A stretch of 41,685 bases of DNA from a virus. The position numbers and the translations under genes were made by a program. Where the stretch lies: IMG/VR virus record IMGVR_UViG_3300021254_000004, positions 1 to 41,685 of that record. The stretch is one strand, 5' to 3'. This document shows, one piece after another, positions 14,238-22,631 of the stretch. The notes below the pieces were generated by a model that searched no databases, was not told the DNA's origin, and worked only from the letters and a program-made list of their open reading frames with translations. The stretch's first letter is position 1, and each line of letters opens with the position of its first letter.

Positions 14238-14324
14238 GCGCGACATTGTCACCTGTGTTAAAGCGGTCGCGCCGCAACATATGGGAGCTTGCCGTAATGC
14301 GAAAGCTAGCAGCACTGTATGTTG
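14238..14324 (+). ncRNA. structured leader: two 7-bp helices (one enclosing a 5-bp helix) immediately 5' of the tRNA
   Basis: GCGCGAC 14238-14244 pairs with GTCGCGC 14266-14272. CAACATA 14275-14281 pairs with TATGTTG 14318-14324. AGCTT 14286-14290 pairs with AAGCT 14303-14307. Confidence 0.4.
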
Positions 14325-14326
14325 GT

Positions 14327-14398
14327 AGGGATATAGCAAAGGGGTGAATGCGACAGACTTTTAATCTGTAGGCGTAGGTTCGAATCCTACTTTCCCTG
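14327..14398 (+). tRNA. tRNA-Lys (anticodon UUU), divergent
   Basis: Hand-folded cloverleaf. The acceptor stem agggata/tttccct has 6 of 7 pairs, with a T-T mismatch. The D stem has 3 bp with GG in the loop. The anticodon arm is acaga-cTTTTaa-tctgt. The T arm is gtagg-TTCGAAT-cctac. No CCA is encoded. Confidence 0.6.
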
Positions 14399-14403
14399 TT
14401 TCG

Positions 14404-14430
14404 GTCACACGTTCGTGTGGCTTTTTTATT
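14404..14430 (+). terminator. intrinsic terminator 35 nt upstream of terS
   Basis: The stem gtcacac (14404-14410) pairs with gtgtggc (14415-14421) over 7 bp, with loop gttc. It is followed by TTTTTTATTT. Confidence 0.8.
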
Positions 14431-14465
14431 TATTTGAGATTGAGAGGTGATGGAAAATCGCTAAA

Positions 14466-14888
14466 ATGACCATAAAACAGCAACGTTTTGCCGACGAGTA
14501 CATCATTTCGGCAAATGCAACGCAAGCAGCTATTAAAGCGGGTTACAGCCAAAAATATGCGAATACGAATGCAAGTAAGCTACTACAAAATACTACAATC
14601 AAATCTTATATAGATGAGCGTTTGGCTGATTTGCAATCAAAAAAGGTCGCAGACCAGCAGGAAGTGCTTGAGTATTTGACGTCGGTCATGCGTGGCAAAG
14701 AAACCGAGCAGACCATTATTGGCGTCGGTGATTTCGGCCAAGAATTGACCGATATCGAAGTTAGTGCTAAAGACCGTATCAAAGCCGCAGAACTTCTCGG
14801 AAAACGTTACAGAATGTGGACCGACAAGCAAGAAGTTGAGGTGCAAGGAACGGTGGTGTTCGCTAATGAAGACGACATCGCAGACTAA
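14466..14888 (+). CDS. terS: terminase small subunit (P27/Terminase_2 type)
   Basis: MTIKQQRFADEYIISANATQAAIKAGYSQKYANTNASKLL is canonical for this family. Confidence 0.9.
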   Translation: MTIKQQRFADEYIISANATQAAIKAGYSQKYANTNASKLLQNTTIKSYIDERLADLQSKKVADQQEVLEYLTSVMRGKETEQTIIGVGDFGQELTDIEVSAKDRIKAAELLGKRYRMWTDKQEVEVQGTVVFANEDDIAD

Positions 14889-16134
14889 CGACGTTATCGT
14901 TGACCTTCCTAAAATGGTTGGTGGCGGATACGGTAAGTTTTGGCGTTCTAAGAACTTTTACAGGGTTGTCAAAGGCTCTCGTGGTTCGAAGAAGTCGAAA
15001 ACGACGGCTTTGAACTTTATCACAAGGCTTTTGAAATACCCGTGGGCCAATCTTTTGGTAGTTCGTAGGTACTCAAACACTAACAAGCAATCAACTTATA
15101 CGGATTTTAAATGGGCGTGCAATCAATTAAAGGTTGCGCACCTTTTTAAATTCAATGAGTCTTTGCCTGAAATCACGTTGAAGAAGACAGGTCAAAAGAT
15201 TCTTTTTCGAGGCCTTGATGATGAATTAAAAATCACGTCTATTACTGTTGACGTTGGGATTTTATGCTGGGCTTGGTTTGAGGAGGCTTATCAAATCGAA
15301 ACGGAAGATAAATTCAGTACAGTAGTTGAATCTATTCGTGGTAGCTTGGACGTTCCCGGATTTTTTAAACAAATTACAGTGACCTTCAACCCGTGGAATG
15401 AAAGGCACTGGTTGAAACGGGTCTTCTTTGATAAAGACACACAACGGGCTGACACGTTAGCTTTGACTACTACTTACAAGTGTAATGAGTGGCTAGACGA
15501 AGTCGATAGGCAACGCTACGAAGACTTATATATCACCAATCCAAGACGTGCTCGGATTGTTTGTGACGGTGAGTGGGGTGTAGCTGAAGGACTTGTGTTT
15601 GAGAATGTTAAGGTTGAAGATTTTGACAAAGACGAGCTGCTTAAAGACAAGAACAATAAACTGGCGCTTGGTCTTGACTTTGGTTTCACCCACGACCCAA
15701 CAGCGCTTGTAGCTTGTCTGATTAATGACGAGACGAATCAAATACACATTTTTGATGAGGCTTATCAGGTCGGCTTAATCACTCGTGAGGTAGCGAACTT
15801 GATTACATCGAAAGGTTATCAAAAGACAACGATTATAGCCGATTCAGCAGAGCCTCGCTTGATTGAAGAGCTTAAACAAGAGCACGGCTTGAGACGTGTG
15901 AAACCTAGCCGAAAAGGTAAAGATTCAATCATGGCAGGTATTTCGAAGCTGCAAGGCTACCAAATTATCGTTCACCCAGCTTGTACGCACATCATGGACG
16001 AGTTTTACAGCTATTGCTACCAACAAGACAAGGAAGGTAACTGGCTAAACAAACCAGAAGATAAAAATAACCACTTGATGGACGCACTTCGCTATGCTTT
16101 GCAATGTGTCGAAAGCAAGAACTGGCTATATTAA
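14866..16134 (+). CDS. terL: terminase large subunit (PBSX/Terminase_3 type)
   Basis: Walker A-like GSRGSKKSKT. ATG 14866 overlaps the terS end. The track start at 14764 is a spurious extension. Confidence 0.9.
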   Translation: MKTTSQTNDVIVDLPKMVGGGYGKFWRSKNFYRVVKGSRGSKKSKTTALNFITRLLKYPWANLLVVRRYSNTNKQSTYTDFKWACNQLKVAHLFKFNESLPEITLKKTGQKILFRGLDDELKITSITVDVGILCWAWFEEAYQIETEDKFSTVVESIRGSLDVPGFFKQITVTFNPWNERHWLKRVFFDKDTQRADTLALTTTYKCNEWLDEVDRQRYEDLYITNPRRARIVCDGEWGVAEGLVFENVKVEDFDKDELLKDKNNKLALGLDFGFTHDPTALVACLINDETNQIHIFDEAYQVGLITREVANLITSKGYQKTTIIADSAEPRLIEELKQEHGLRRVKPSRKGKDSIMAGISKLQGYQIIVHPACTHIMDEFYSYCYQQDKEGNWLNKPEDKNNHLMDALRYALQCVESKNWLY

Positions 16135-16144
16135 GGAGTATACA

Positions 16145-17647
16145 ATGCTACAAACTGAAAATATTTCAACGCTTGGCGCTGAGATTAAGAGCTTAATCAA
16201 TAGTGACAGAGCTAGCGCTTTGAAGCGAAAAATGTACGATGGTGTCAGATATTATGATTCACAGCACGACATCTTGAAAACACGCTTATTCTATTTTGAT
16301 AGCAACGGACAGCTAAGAGAAGAGGAATATCGAGCTAATACGAAGATTTCACACGGTTTCTTTACTGAACTCGTTGACCAGAAAGTTCAATACTTGCTAT
16401 CTAATCCGGTCGAGTTTGAAACGGAAAATTTAGAACTGCAAGATTATCTAGAACAATACATCGATGACGACTTTCAGCTTATGCTACAGGAGCTTGTTGA
16501 AGGTGCTAGTCAAAAGTCCTATGAGTATGCGTTCTGGAACGTTGATGAGAATGGCAAGGTCAAGTTTAGAACCGCTGACGCACTCAAAACTATTCCGATT
16601 TACGACGAGAACTTGGCAATTGACCAGATGATTTACTACTACGATGACCAAATCACAATCAAGAACGAGGTCAAGAACGTGGTTCGCGCTCAGTTCTGGA
16701 CCAAAGAACAAGTATTTTACTTTGTTTGCGTTGATGAAGGCAAAATGGAGCTAGACGAATCTATCAAGGTGAATCCGGCTTTCCATCAGCTTGCAAAAGA
16801 CGAGGAAGGGACTTACTACGGTAAGGGCTATGGCCAAGTGCCATTTATCAAACTTGCTAATAACAAGCGTGAGAAGACTGATTTGGAGCCAATTAAAGAC
16901 TTGATTGACGACTACGACTTGATGGCTTGCTCGTTGTCTAATAACTTGATTGACTTTGACCACCCGATTTACATCGTTCGAGGCTTTGAAGGTGATAATC
17001 TAGACTCGCTAGTTACCAACCTTAAATCTAAAAAAACCGTTGGAGTCGGTGAAGGCGGCGGTATTGACGTTCAAACCGTTGATATTCCGGTCGAAGCTCG
17101 CAAGACTAAGCTGGCAATCGATAAAGAAGGTATTTACAAGTTCGGTATGGGCTTTGATAGTTCTCAAACTGGCGACGGAAACATCACGAATATTGTGATT
17201 AAATCACGTTACAGCTTGCTTGACCTGAAATGTAATAAGACCGAGGTCCGATTGAGAGCGGTTATCAAGCAAATGCTTGACCTGATTATCCAAAATATCA
17301 ATGAATTGAACGGAAAAGCGTTTGATTCGTCAGATATTGAAGTGATTATCACACGTTCGGTTATGGCAAATGAGACTGACAACGCTACTGTCGCTAAAAC
17401 GGAAGCAGATACTAAGCAGGTTTTAATCAACAACGTCATGACAGCCGCTCCTCGTTTAGATGACCGTACGGTTTTGGAGTTACTCGCTGAAATTCTAGAG
17501 ATTGACCCAGACGAAGTCGAGAAAGCGTTAGGTGAACAGGCTTACAAGTCTGATTTTAACCAAACAACAGAGGTAAATGATGACGGAACTGAATCAATTC
17601 CAACAGGAAATAGAGAATCTGCTGGCGAAGGCGGACAAGAAGACTGA
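16145..17647 (+). CDS. portal protein (SPP1 gp6-like)
   Basis: 500 aa, located after terL. SD AAGGAG precedes ATG 16145. The C-terminus is acidic. Confidence 0.85.
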   Translation: MLQTENISTLGAEIKSLINSDRASALKRKMYDGVRYYDSQHDILKTRLFYFDSNGQLREEEYRANTKISHGFFTELVDQKVQYLLSNPVEFETENLELQDYLEQYIDDDFQLMLQELVEGASQKSYEYAFWNVDENGKVKFRTADALKTIPIYDENLAIDQMIYYYDDQITIKNEVKNVVRAQFWTKEQVFYFVCVDEGKMELDESIKVNPAFHQLAKDEEGTYYGKGYGQVPFIKLANNKREKTDLEPIKDLIDDYDLMACSLSNNLIDFDHPIYIVRGFEGDNLDSLVTNLKSKKTVGVGEGGGIDVQTVDIPVEARKTKLAIDKEGIYKFGMGFDSSQTGDGNITNIVIKSRYSLLDLKCNKTEVRLRAVIKQMLDLIIQNINELNGKAFDSSDIEVIITRSVMANETDNATVAKTEADTKQVLINNVMTAAPRLDDRTVLELLAEILEIDPDEVEKALGEQAYKSDFNQTTEVNDDGTESIPTGNRESAGEGGQED

Positions 17648-19400
17648 TAAACAGCTATATGGTTTGTATGTTGACACAATTAAGGACCTTAAACAGGCTC
17701 TACTGGTCGATTATCAACGCTATGAACAGCTATCGTCCACAGAAAAGCTAAAATTAAGCCGTATGACGAGTCTTTTAGAACAACTTGATAAATCAACCAA
17801 GGAACTAAAACAAGGGCTTAAAACGGAAATTAACAGCCATTTAGAGGATACGGGGAAAATAGCTTATAACGAGCTTTTTTACGAGTACGAATCTAAAAAC
17901 ACAGCTATCAATTTCACAATGCTAAAAAGTGAAGAACTGAAGACGATTATCGAGACGCCTGTAGCAAATTACAAGCTGTCTGAGCGCTTAAACGATGGTG
18001 TAGCTGAACGATTGAAGTCAAATATCAAGTCAGAGCTTACACGAGTGTTCTTGCTAGGCTACAGCTACAAGCAGACTGCTGCTAGGTTGGCAGAGCTTGG
18101 CTATAGTTCTTATCGTCGAGCCTTGAACATTACACGCACCGAAGCCGGTCGAGTTCAGGCAATCGCAAGACAGAAGTCGCAAATGGAAGCAATGAAACTG
18201 GGTATCGAGTTTGAAAAAGAATGGATTTCAACACTTGATAATCGTACTCGTAGCGACCACGCTAAGCTTGACGGCCAACGTGTCAAACCTGACGAAGATT
18301 TTGAAGTCAGCGGGCTTAAAGCGAAACAGCCCCACATGTTTGGGGTTGCTGCTGAAGATTGTAATTGCCGTTGCCGCACCGTTTCACGTTTGAAGAACGA
18401 TAAAAAGGCGCTTTTAAGACGTGATAACAAGACGGGAGAGGTTTCTAAATGGAGAAACTACAACGAATGGTTAGCAAATAAAGACGGTTTTAAATCTGTT
18501 GAACAAATTATGGCAGAAGGCTATGAATTAGGGCGAAAAAACCGAATCGATAAGGCGAGAAAAGGAGCTGTTCAGGCAATTGAGAAAACAAACATGTCTA
18601 CGGCTGTTGGTTTAGCAAATTACAATCAATTTCTTGATAAATTTGATACAATTAAAGATGAAAATATGCTAACCTTGTATTCAAAACTTGGTGGCAAGCT
18701 TGAATACAAGAGTTTAGGCGGAAAAAGAGCCTTTGCAAGAGGGAGCAGCGTTCAATTAACACAAGGTTCCTTTGATGGATTTAAAACGAAAGACGGTACA
18801 GCTTACATGAAAAATCCGCTTTCTACCGTTTTTCACGAAAACGGTCACGCCCTTGATTATTTAGGGTTTGGCAAGCTAACTAAAGGCGAGCGAGTGGTTA
18901 TCGGTCAACAGAAAACGCGTTTATCTGGAAAAACTTACACAATCGATATATACGGCACACACGCTTCTTCTTTACCGCAATATAACTTGAAAGAGACACT
19001 TCAAAATGATTTTTGGAGATATATTAACGGTGATTTACGAATTATCAAAAAAGGCGAGCGTGTTCCGGCAGCAGAAAGAGCCGAAATCAGAAGAAAAAAC
19101 CAAGAAAACATAAAAGAATTCGTGAAGGAAGTAGAAAAACTCGGAAAGAAAGTTCCTGATATAATTCCACCGCTGTCAGACATGTTTGAAGCTACAGGTT
19201 ATCATTATGATTATCCTTTTGGTTGGGGACATGGCAAAAGATACTGGAAACGTCCGGGAACGGCAGAGACGGAGTTTTTCGCAGAAATTAGCGAGCTTTT
19301 AGCGACAAGCCCCGAAGCATACAACGAAATCAAACGAATGTTGCCGAACGCTGTAAAAGTTTATCATCAAATTGTAGAAGATATTTTGAAGGAGCTGTAA
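17577..19400 (+). CDS. MuF/SPP1 gp7-like minor head protein fused to a ~300-aa C-terminal HExxH (zincin-like) domain
   Basis: It follows the portal gene. MuF-type segments: TRTEAGRVQAIAR...TLDNRTRSDHAKLDGQ...CNCRCR. The HENGH motif is encoded at 18834-18848, with ETEFFAE downstream. Confidence 0.8.
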   Translation: MMTELNQFQQEIENLLAKADKKTDKQLYGLYVDTIKDLKQALLVDYQRYEQLSSTEKLKLSRMTSLLEQLDKSTKELKQGLKTEINSHLEDTGKIAYNELFYEYESKNTAINFTMLKSEELKTIIETPVANYKLSERLNDGVAERLKSNIKSELTRVFLLGYSYKQTAARLAELGYSSYRRALNITRTEAGRVQAIARQKSQMEAMKLGIEFEKEWISTLDNRTRSDHAKLDGQRVKPDEDFEVSGLKAKQPHMFGVAAEDCNCRCRTVSRLKNDKKALLRRDNKTGEVSKWRNYNEWLANKDGFKSVEQIMAEGYELGRKNRIDKARKGAVQAIEKTNMSTAVGLANYNQFLDKFDTIKDENMLTLYSKLGGKLEYKSLGGKRAFARGSSVQLTQGSFDGFKTKDGTAYMKNPLSTVFHENGHALDYLGFGKLTKGERVVIGQQKTRLSGKTYTIDIYGTHASSLPQYNLKETLQNDFWRYINGDLRIIKKGERVPAAERAEIRRKNQENIKEFVKEVEKLGKKVPDIIPPLSDMFEATGYHYDYPFGWGHGKRYWKRPGTAETEFFAEISELLATSPEAYNEIKRMLPNAVKVYHQIVEDILKEL

Positions 19401-19401
19401 T

Positions 19402-19617
19402 ATGCTTTATTTTGAAGATGACAAATTAAAAACAAGAGTAGCAGACGTTGAAGAGAAGTATTTCGAACATTTTCAAGAAGATTTTCCGATTTTTGAAGTG
19501 CTTTCAGAAATGCCAACGGCTGACGAAGTCGAAAAACTTGAGAAAAGCGTCGCTGATTGCATTAGCAACGATAAACCTTACCCAAAGCCAGATGATTATG
19601 CTGACAAACTTTATTAA
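19402..19617 (+). CDS. small acidic protein (71 aa); candidate cognate or immunity partner of the MuF C-terminal domain
   Basis: ORF track. It starts 1 nt after the MuF stop and is followed by two terminators. Confidence 0.6.
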   Translation: MLYFEDDKLKTRVADVEEKYFEHFQEDFPIFEVLSEMPTADEVEKLEKSVADCISNDKPYPKPDDYADKLY

Positions 19618-19619
19618 CT

Positions 19620-19648
19620 AGCACTATCTAAATGATGGTGCTTTTTTT
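19620..19648 (+). terminator. intrinsic terminator T1
   Basis: 9-bp stem agcactatc (19620-19628) with gatggtgct (19634-19642), followed by a T-run through 19648. Confidence 0.8.
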
Positions 19649-19657
19649 ATACCCAAA

Positions 19658-19687
19658 AAGTCGTAGAAATACGGCTTTTTTTGTTTT
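19658..19687 (+). terminator. intrinsic terminator T2
   Basis: Stem aagtcgta-gaaa-tacggctt, followed by TTTTTGTTTT. Confidence 0.7.
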
Positions 19688-19758
19688 GCGCTCTTAGTCT
19701 AACGGAAAGACGTTGGTCTCCAAAACCAAAAATATGGGTTCGATTCCTATAGAGCGTG
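19688..19758 (+). tRNA. tRNA-Trp (anticodon CCA)
   Basis: Hand-folded cloverleaf: gcgctct / gtct-aacggaa-agac / ttggt-cTCCAaa-accaa / atggg-TTCGATT-cctat / agagcgt. The anticodon and T arms resemble bacterial tRNA-Trp. Confidence 0.85.
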
Positions 19759-19842
19759 TTCGCCAAGACAAGGCGTTAAATTGTCAACATTATTCAAATT
19801 CTCGTGGTCGTCTCACGTAAAAATGACGTAGAAGGAGAACAA

Positions 19843-20412
19843 ATGAAACGTGAATTTCTACAGTCTCTAGAACTGTCTGAAGAAGTTATCAATCAAATTA
19901 TGGCAGAGCATGGCAAAACCGTACAAGCTACGCAAGAAAAACTGTCCGCGGCAGAAGCACAGCTTAACGAGGCAAATGCAACGCTTGCCACTTTGAAGAA
20001 GAACAATAAGGACAACGAAGAGCTACAAAACGAATTGAAGTCTTATAAAGAGCGAGTTGAAACGCTTGAACAGGAAGCAAAAGACAACGCTCGTAAACAG
20101 ACAATCAAAGACGCTTTGACGGCTGCTAAAGGGACTGACGTTGATTATCTCATGTTTAAACTTGGTGACCTTGAAGTCGATGACGAAGGCAATGTGAAAG
20201 ACCTTGAAAACAAAATCAAGGACCTGAAAGCAAGCCTTCCAACTTTCTTTGAGCAATCATCAGAACCGCCTAAAGAACCAGAAGGTTTCACTAAACTTGG
20301 TGGCGCTAAATTAGGTGGTGGACAGCCACCAAAAGAAGCAACTCTTGAGTCAGTTCTTGCAAATCCTGAAATGAATCTGACTCAGTTCTTGCAGCAACAA
20401 CAAAACAAATAA
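19843..20412 (+). CDS. scaffolding protein
   Basis: SD AAGGAG precedes ATG 19843. It is a coiled-coil, charged protein directly upstream of the capsid gene. Confidence 0.75.
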   Translation: MKREFLQSLELSEEVINQIMAEHGKTVQATQEKLSAAEAQLNEANATLATLKKNNKDNEELQNELKSYKERVETLEQEAKDNARKQTIKDALTAAKGTDVDYLMFKLGDLEVDDEGNVKDLENKIKDLKASLPTFFEQSSEPPKEPEGFTKLGGAKLGGGQPPKEATLESVLANPEMNLTQFLQQQQNK

Positions 20413-20426
20413 AAGGAGAGTTTTAA

Positions 20427-21398
20427 ATGCCAAACGAAATTACAAAAGTTCTGGATACAATCACACCAGAAATTTACAACGCTTATATGCAGCAATATAC
20501 TGCTCAAAAATCACTAATTGTTAACTCAGGAATTGCAATTGCTGATGAACGTGTCTCTAAAATGATTACAGCCGGAAACGTGCTTGTGAATATGCCGTTC
20601 TGGAACGACCTTGACGGGGAAGATGAAGTTCTTGATGATGACAAAGAACTTTCAACTGGCAAAATCACAGCAGGAAAAGATGTCGCGGCAGTTATGTATC
20701 GTGGTCGCGGTTGGGCTGCTAATGAATTAGCGGCAGTCGTTTCAGGTGGTGACCCATCACGAGCTATTCTTGCTCGAATCGGGGACTACTGGCTACGTCA
20801 AGAACAAAAAGTATTGTTGTCAGTACTTAAAGGTTTGTTTGCTGAAGGCGGAGCGCTTGCTTCTACTCACATGTTAGACATTGCGGCAAAACCAATTACA
20901 GCCAAAGAAGTACTTAACGCTAAACAACTTCTTGGTGATTCAGCTGATAAACTTAAAGTTATGGTTATGCACTCAGCAGTTTATACTAAATTGCAACAAG
21001 ATAACTTGATTGTTTATATCCAACCAACAGACGCAACAATCAATATTCCAACATATCTTGGCTATCGTGTTATCGTTGATGACAGTAACGCACCAACTGA
21101 CGACGTATACACTACGTACTTAATTGCTGAAGGCGCTTTTGGTCGTAACAACGGAACACCGGCAGAACTTACAACGTTCGAAACTAACCGAAAAGCTGCT
21201 GCTGGCGTTGATGAAGTATTCACACGTCGCGCTTTTGTTTTCCACCCGTACGGTGTTAAATTCACTGATTCAACAGTAGCAGGCTTGACACCATCGAACG
21301 CAGAGCTTGCCACAGCTAACAACTGGGAACGTGTTTACGAGCCTAAAAATATCGGTATCGTGGCAATTCGTCACAAATTGTCTACTGAAACTGTTTAA
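20427..21398 (+). CDS. major capsid protein
   Basis: 323 aa, located after the scaffold gene, with a strong SD AAGGAG. Confidence 0.8.
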   Translation: MPNEITKVLDTITPEIYNAYMQQYTAQKSLIVNSGIAIADERVSKMITAGNVLVNMPFWNDLDGEDEVLDDDKELSTGKITAGKDVAAVMYRGRGWAANELAAVVSGGDPSRAILARIGDYWLRQEQKVLLSVLKGLFAEGGALASTHMLDIAAKPITAKEVLNAKQLLGDSADKLKVMVMHSAVYTKLQQDNLIVYIQPTDATINIPTYLGYRVIVDDSNAPTDDVYTTYLIAEGAFGRNNGTPAELTTFETNRKAAAGVDEVFTRRAFVFHPYGVKFTDSTVAGLTPSNAELATANNWERVYEPKNIGIVAIRHKLSTETV

Positions 21399-21412
21399 GG
21401 AAGGTGATTCGA

Positions 21413-21760
21413 ATGAAAAAACTTTATCTTGTCGTTGATTCGTTCATCGATTCGCAAGATGAAGGTGTTTTCTACCCTATCGGGGCTATCTATCCCCGTG
21501 AAGGGTATGAACCAGACGAAAAACGTGTAAAATCTTTCTTGAAAGGCGAAAACGCCAAAGGTTCAGTGCTTATCAAGGAGCTTATTCAGCTTCCGGCTAA
21601 AGAAGCGGTCGAAACACCGAAAGAAGTAGCTGAAGAACCCGAAAAAGAGCTTAATCGTGATGAAATCAAGGCAAAACTTGATGAATTGGGCGTAGATTAC
21701 AAGAAAAATGCACGTACTGAAGTGCTAGCTGACTTGCTAGCTGAACAAGAAGGGGAGTAG
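21413..21760 (+). CDS. hypothetical head-associated protein with a C-terminal HeH/SAP-like motif
   Basis: SD GGAAGGTGA precedes ATG 21413. The C-terminus reads LNRDEIKAKLDELGVDYKKNARTEVLADLL. Confidence 0.55.
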   Translation: MKKLYLVVDSFIDSQDEGVFYPIGAIYPREGYEPDEKRVKSFLKGENAKGSVLIKELIQLPAKEAVETPKEVAEEPEKELNRDEIKAKLDELGVDYKKNARTEVLADLLAEQEGE

Positions 21761-21792
21761 TCAGCTACTCTCTTTTAATTTTGGGGGTATGT

Positions 21793-22323
21793 ATGATTAT
21801 TTCGCTTGAAGACGCTCTTAAAATCGATAAAAATGCCACACAAGAGTATTGCGACGGTCTTGAAACGATGGTCAGGGTGTCTACTAACAACAATTTCCAA
21901 AATATTCGCTTTAGGTGCTCTGGTTTGGTGCTTTCGGATAATGAAATTCGCGTCTCTAAAGGTCGTTTAGACATTTTTAAAGTCGGTGATACGGTCGAAG
22001 TAAATAATACAAATTATAACGACGGCTTATATACCGTCTCAGAGGTCACTGACGACGTTTTGAAGATTGATGGAGAATTTATCACAGAAGTATCAACGCA
22101 GGCCATACTGACCAAAATAAGCTACCCAGCGGACGTCTTAGCTGGAGTTAAGAAATTAATTCAATACGATTCTAAAATGTCTGGAAAAATTGGGGTCAAA
22201 TCGGAATCGATTAGTCGTCATTCGGTGACTTACTACGATGTGACCGCAGCAGAGAGTCAAGAAGGCTATCCGGCTACTTTGCTAGGTTTCCTGAAGAAAT
22301 ATAAGAAATTGAGGTGGTCTTGA
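21793..22323 (+). CDS. head-tail connector (gp6-like) protein
   Basis: Position, plus an N-terminus ISLEDALKIDKNATQEY typical of connector proteins. Confidence 0.5.
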   Translation: MIISLEDALKIDKNATQEYCDGLETMVRVSTNNNFQNIRFRCSGLVLSDNEIRVSKGRLDIFKVGDTVEVNNTNYNDGLYTVSEVTDDVLKIDGEFITEVSTQAILTKISYPADVLAGVKKLIQYDSKMSGKIGVKSESISRHSVTYYDVTAAESQEGYPATLLGFLKKYKKLRWS

Positions 22324-22631
22324 TGTCTACTTTTACGATTTTAAAATATGATAAGACAGGTAGAAGAAACAGTTTAGGCCAAATCATTCACGACTTTCAG
22401 GAATCTAGCACTTTTGACGGCTGGATTGACTTTTTGGGCGGCGAAGAAAGCAATGGTCAGAACGCAATCACAGCAGACAGCACTCATATTATTATCACGT
22501 TCGAAACAAGCTTAGAAATCTCTATTTCGGACCGAATCCGATTTAAAAATAGAGATTATGAAGTGACGTACGTCGATAATCCAATGGAGTTAGACGACCA
22601 CTTGGAAATCTTTTTGAAGGCGGTGGGTTGA
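22323..22631 (+). CDS. head closure / head-tail adaptor protein
   Basis: Position. The C-terminus RIRFKNRDYEVTYVDNPMELDDHLEIFLK resembles head-closure proteins. Confidence 0.55.
   Translation: MSTFTILKYDKTGRRNSLGQIIHDFQESSTFDGWIDFLGGEESNGQNAITADSTHIIITFETSLEISISDRIRFKNRDYEVTYVDNPMELDDHLEIFLKAVG

Noticed and set aside
14440-14467. TTGAGA-16-TAAAAT as the late promoter for terS
   Set aside because: The -10 overlaps the terS ATG (14466), so transcription would start inside the gene. The N-terminus MTIKQQRFADEY is the conserved TerS start, so this cannot serve terS.
14764-14865. N-terminal extensions of track ORFs at 4823, 9530, 9792, 10610, 10785, 13098, 14764, 16094, 19804, 21404, 21781, 22314, 23405, 27864, 29327, 32883, 37520, 38103 and 38429
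   Set aside because: In each case an internal ATG or GTG with a well-spaced SD gives the family-typical N-terminus. The extension overlaps the upstream gene or a terminator.
14327-19758. Phage tRNAs as suppressor tRNAs indicating stop-codon reassignment
   Set aside because: The anticodons read UUU (Lys) and CCA (Trp), not stop-complementary. All long ORFs are uninterrupted under the standard code, and TAA, TAG and TGA are all used as terminators.
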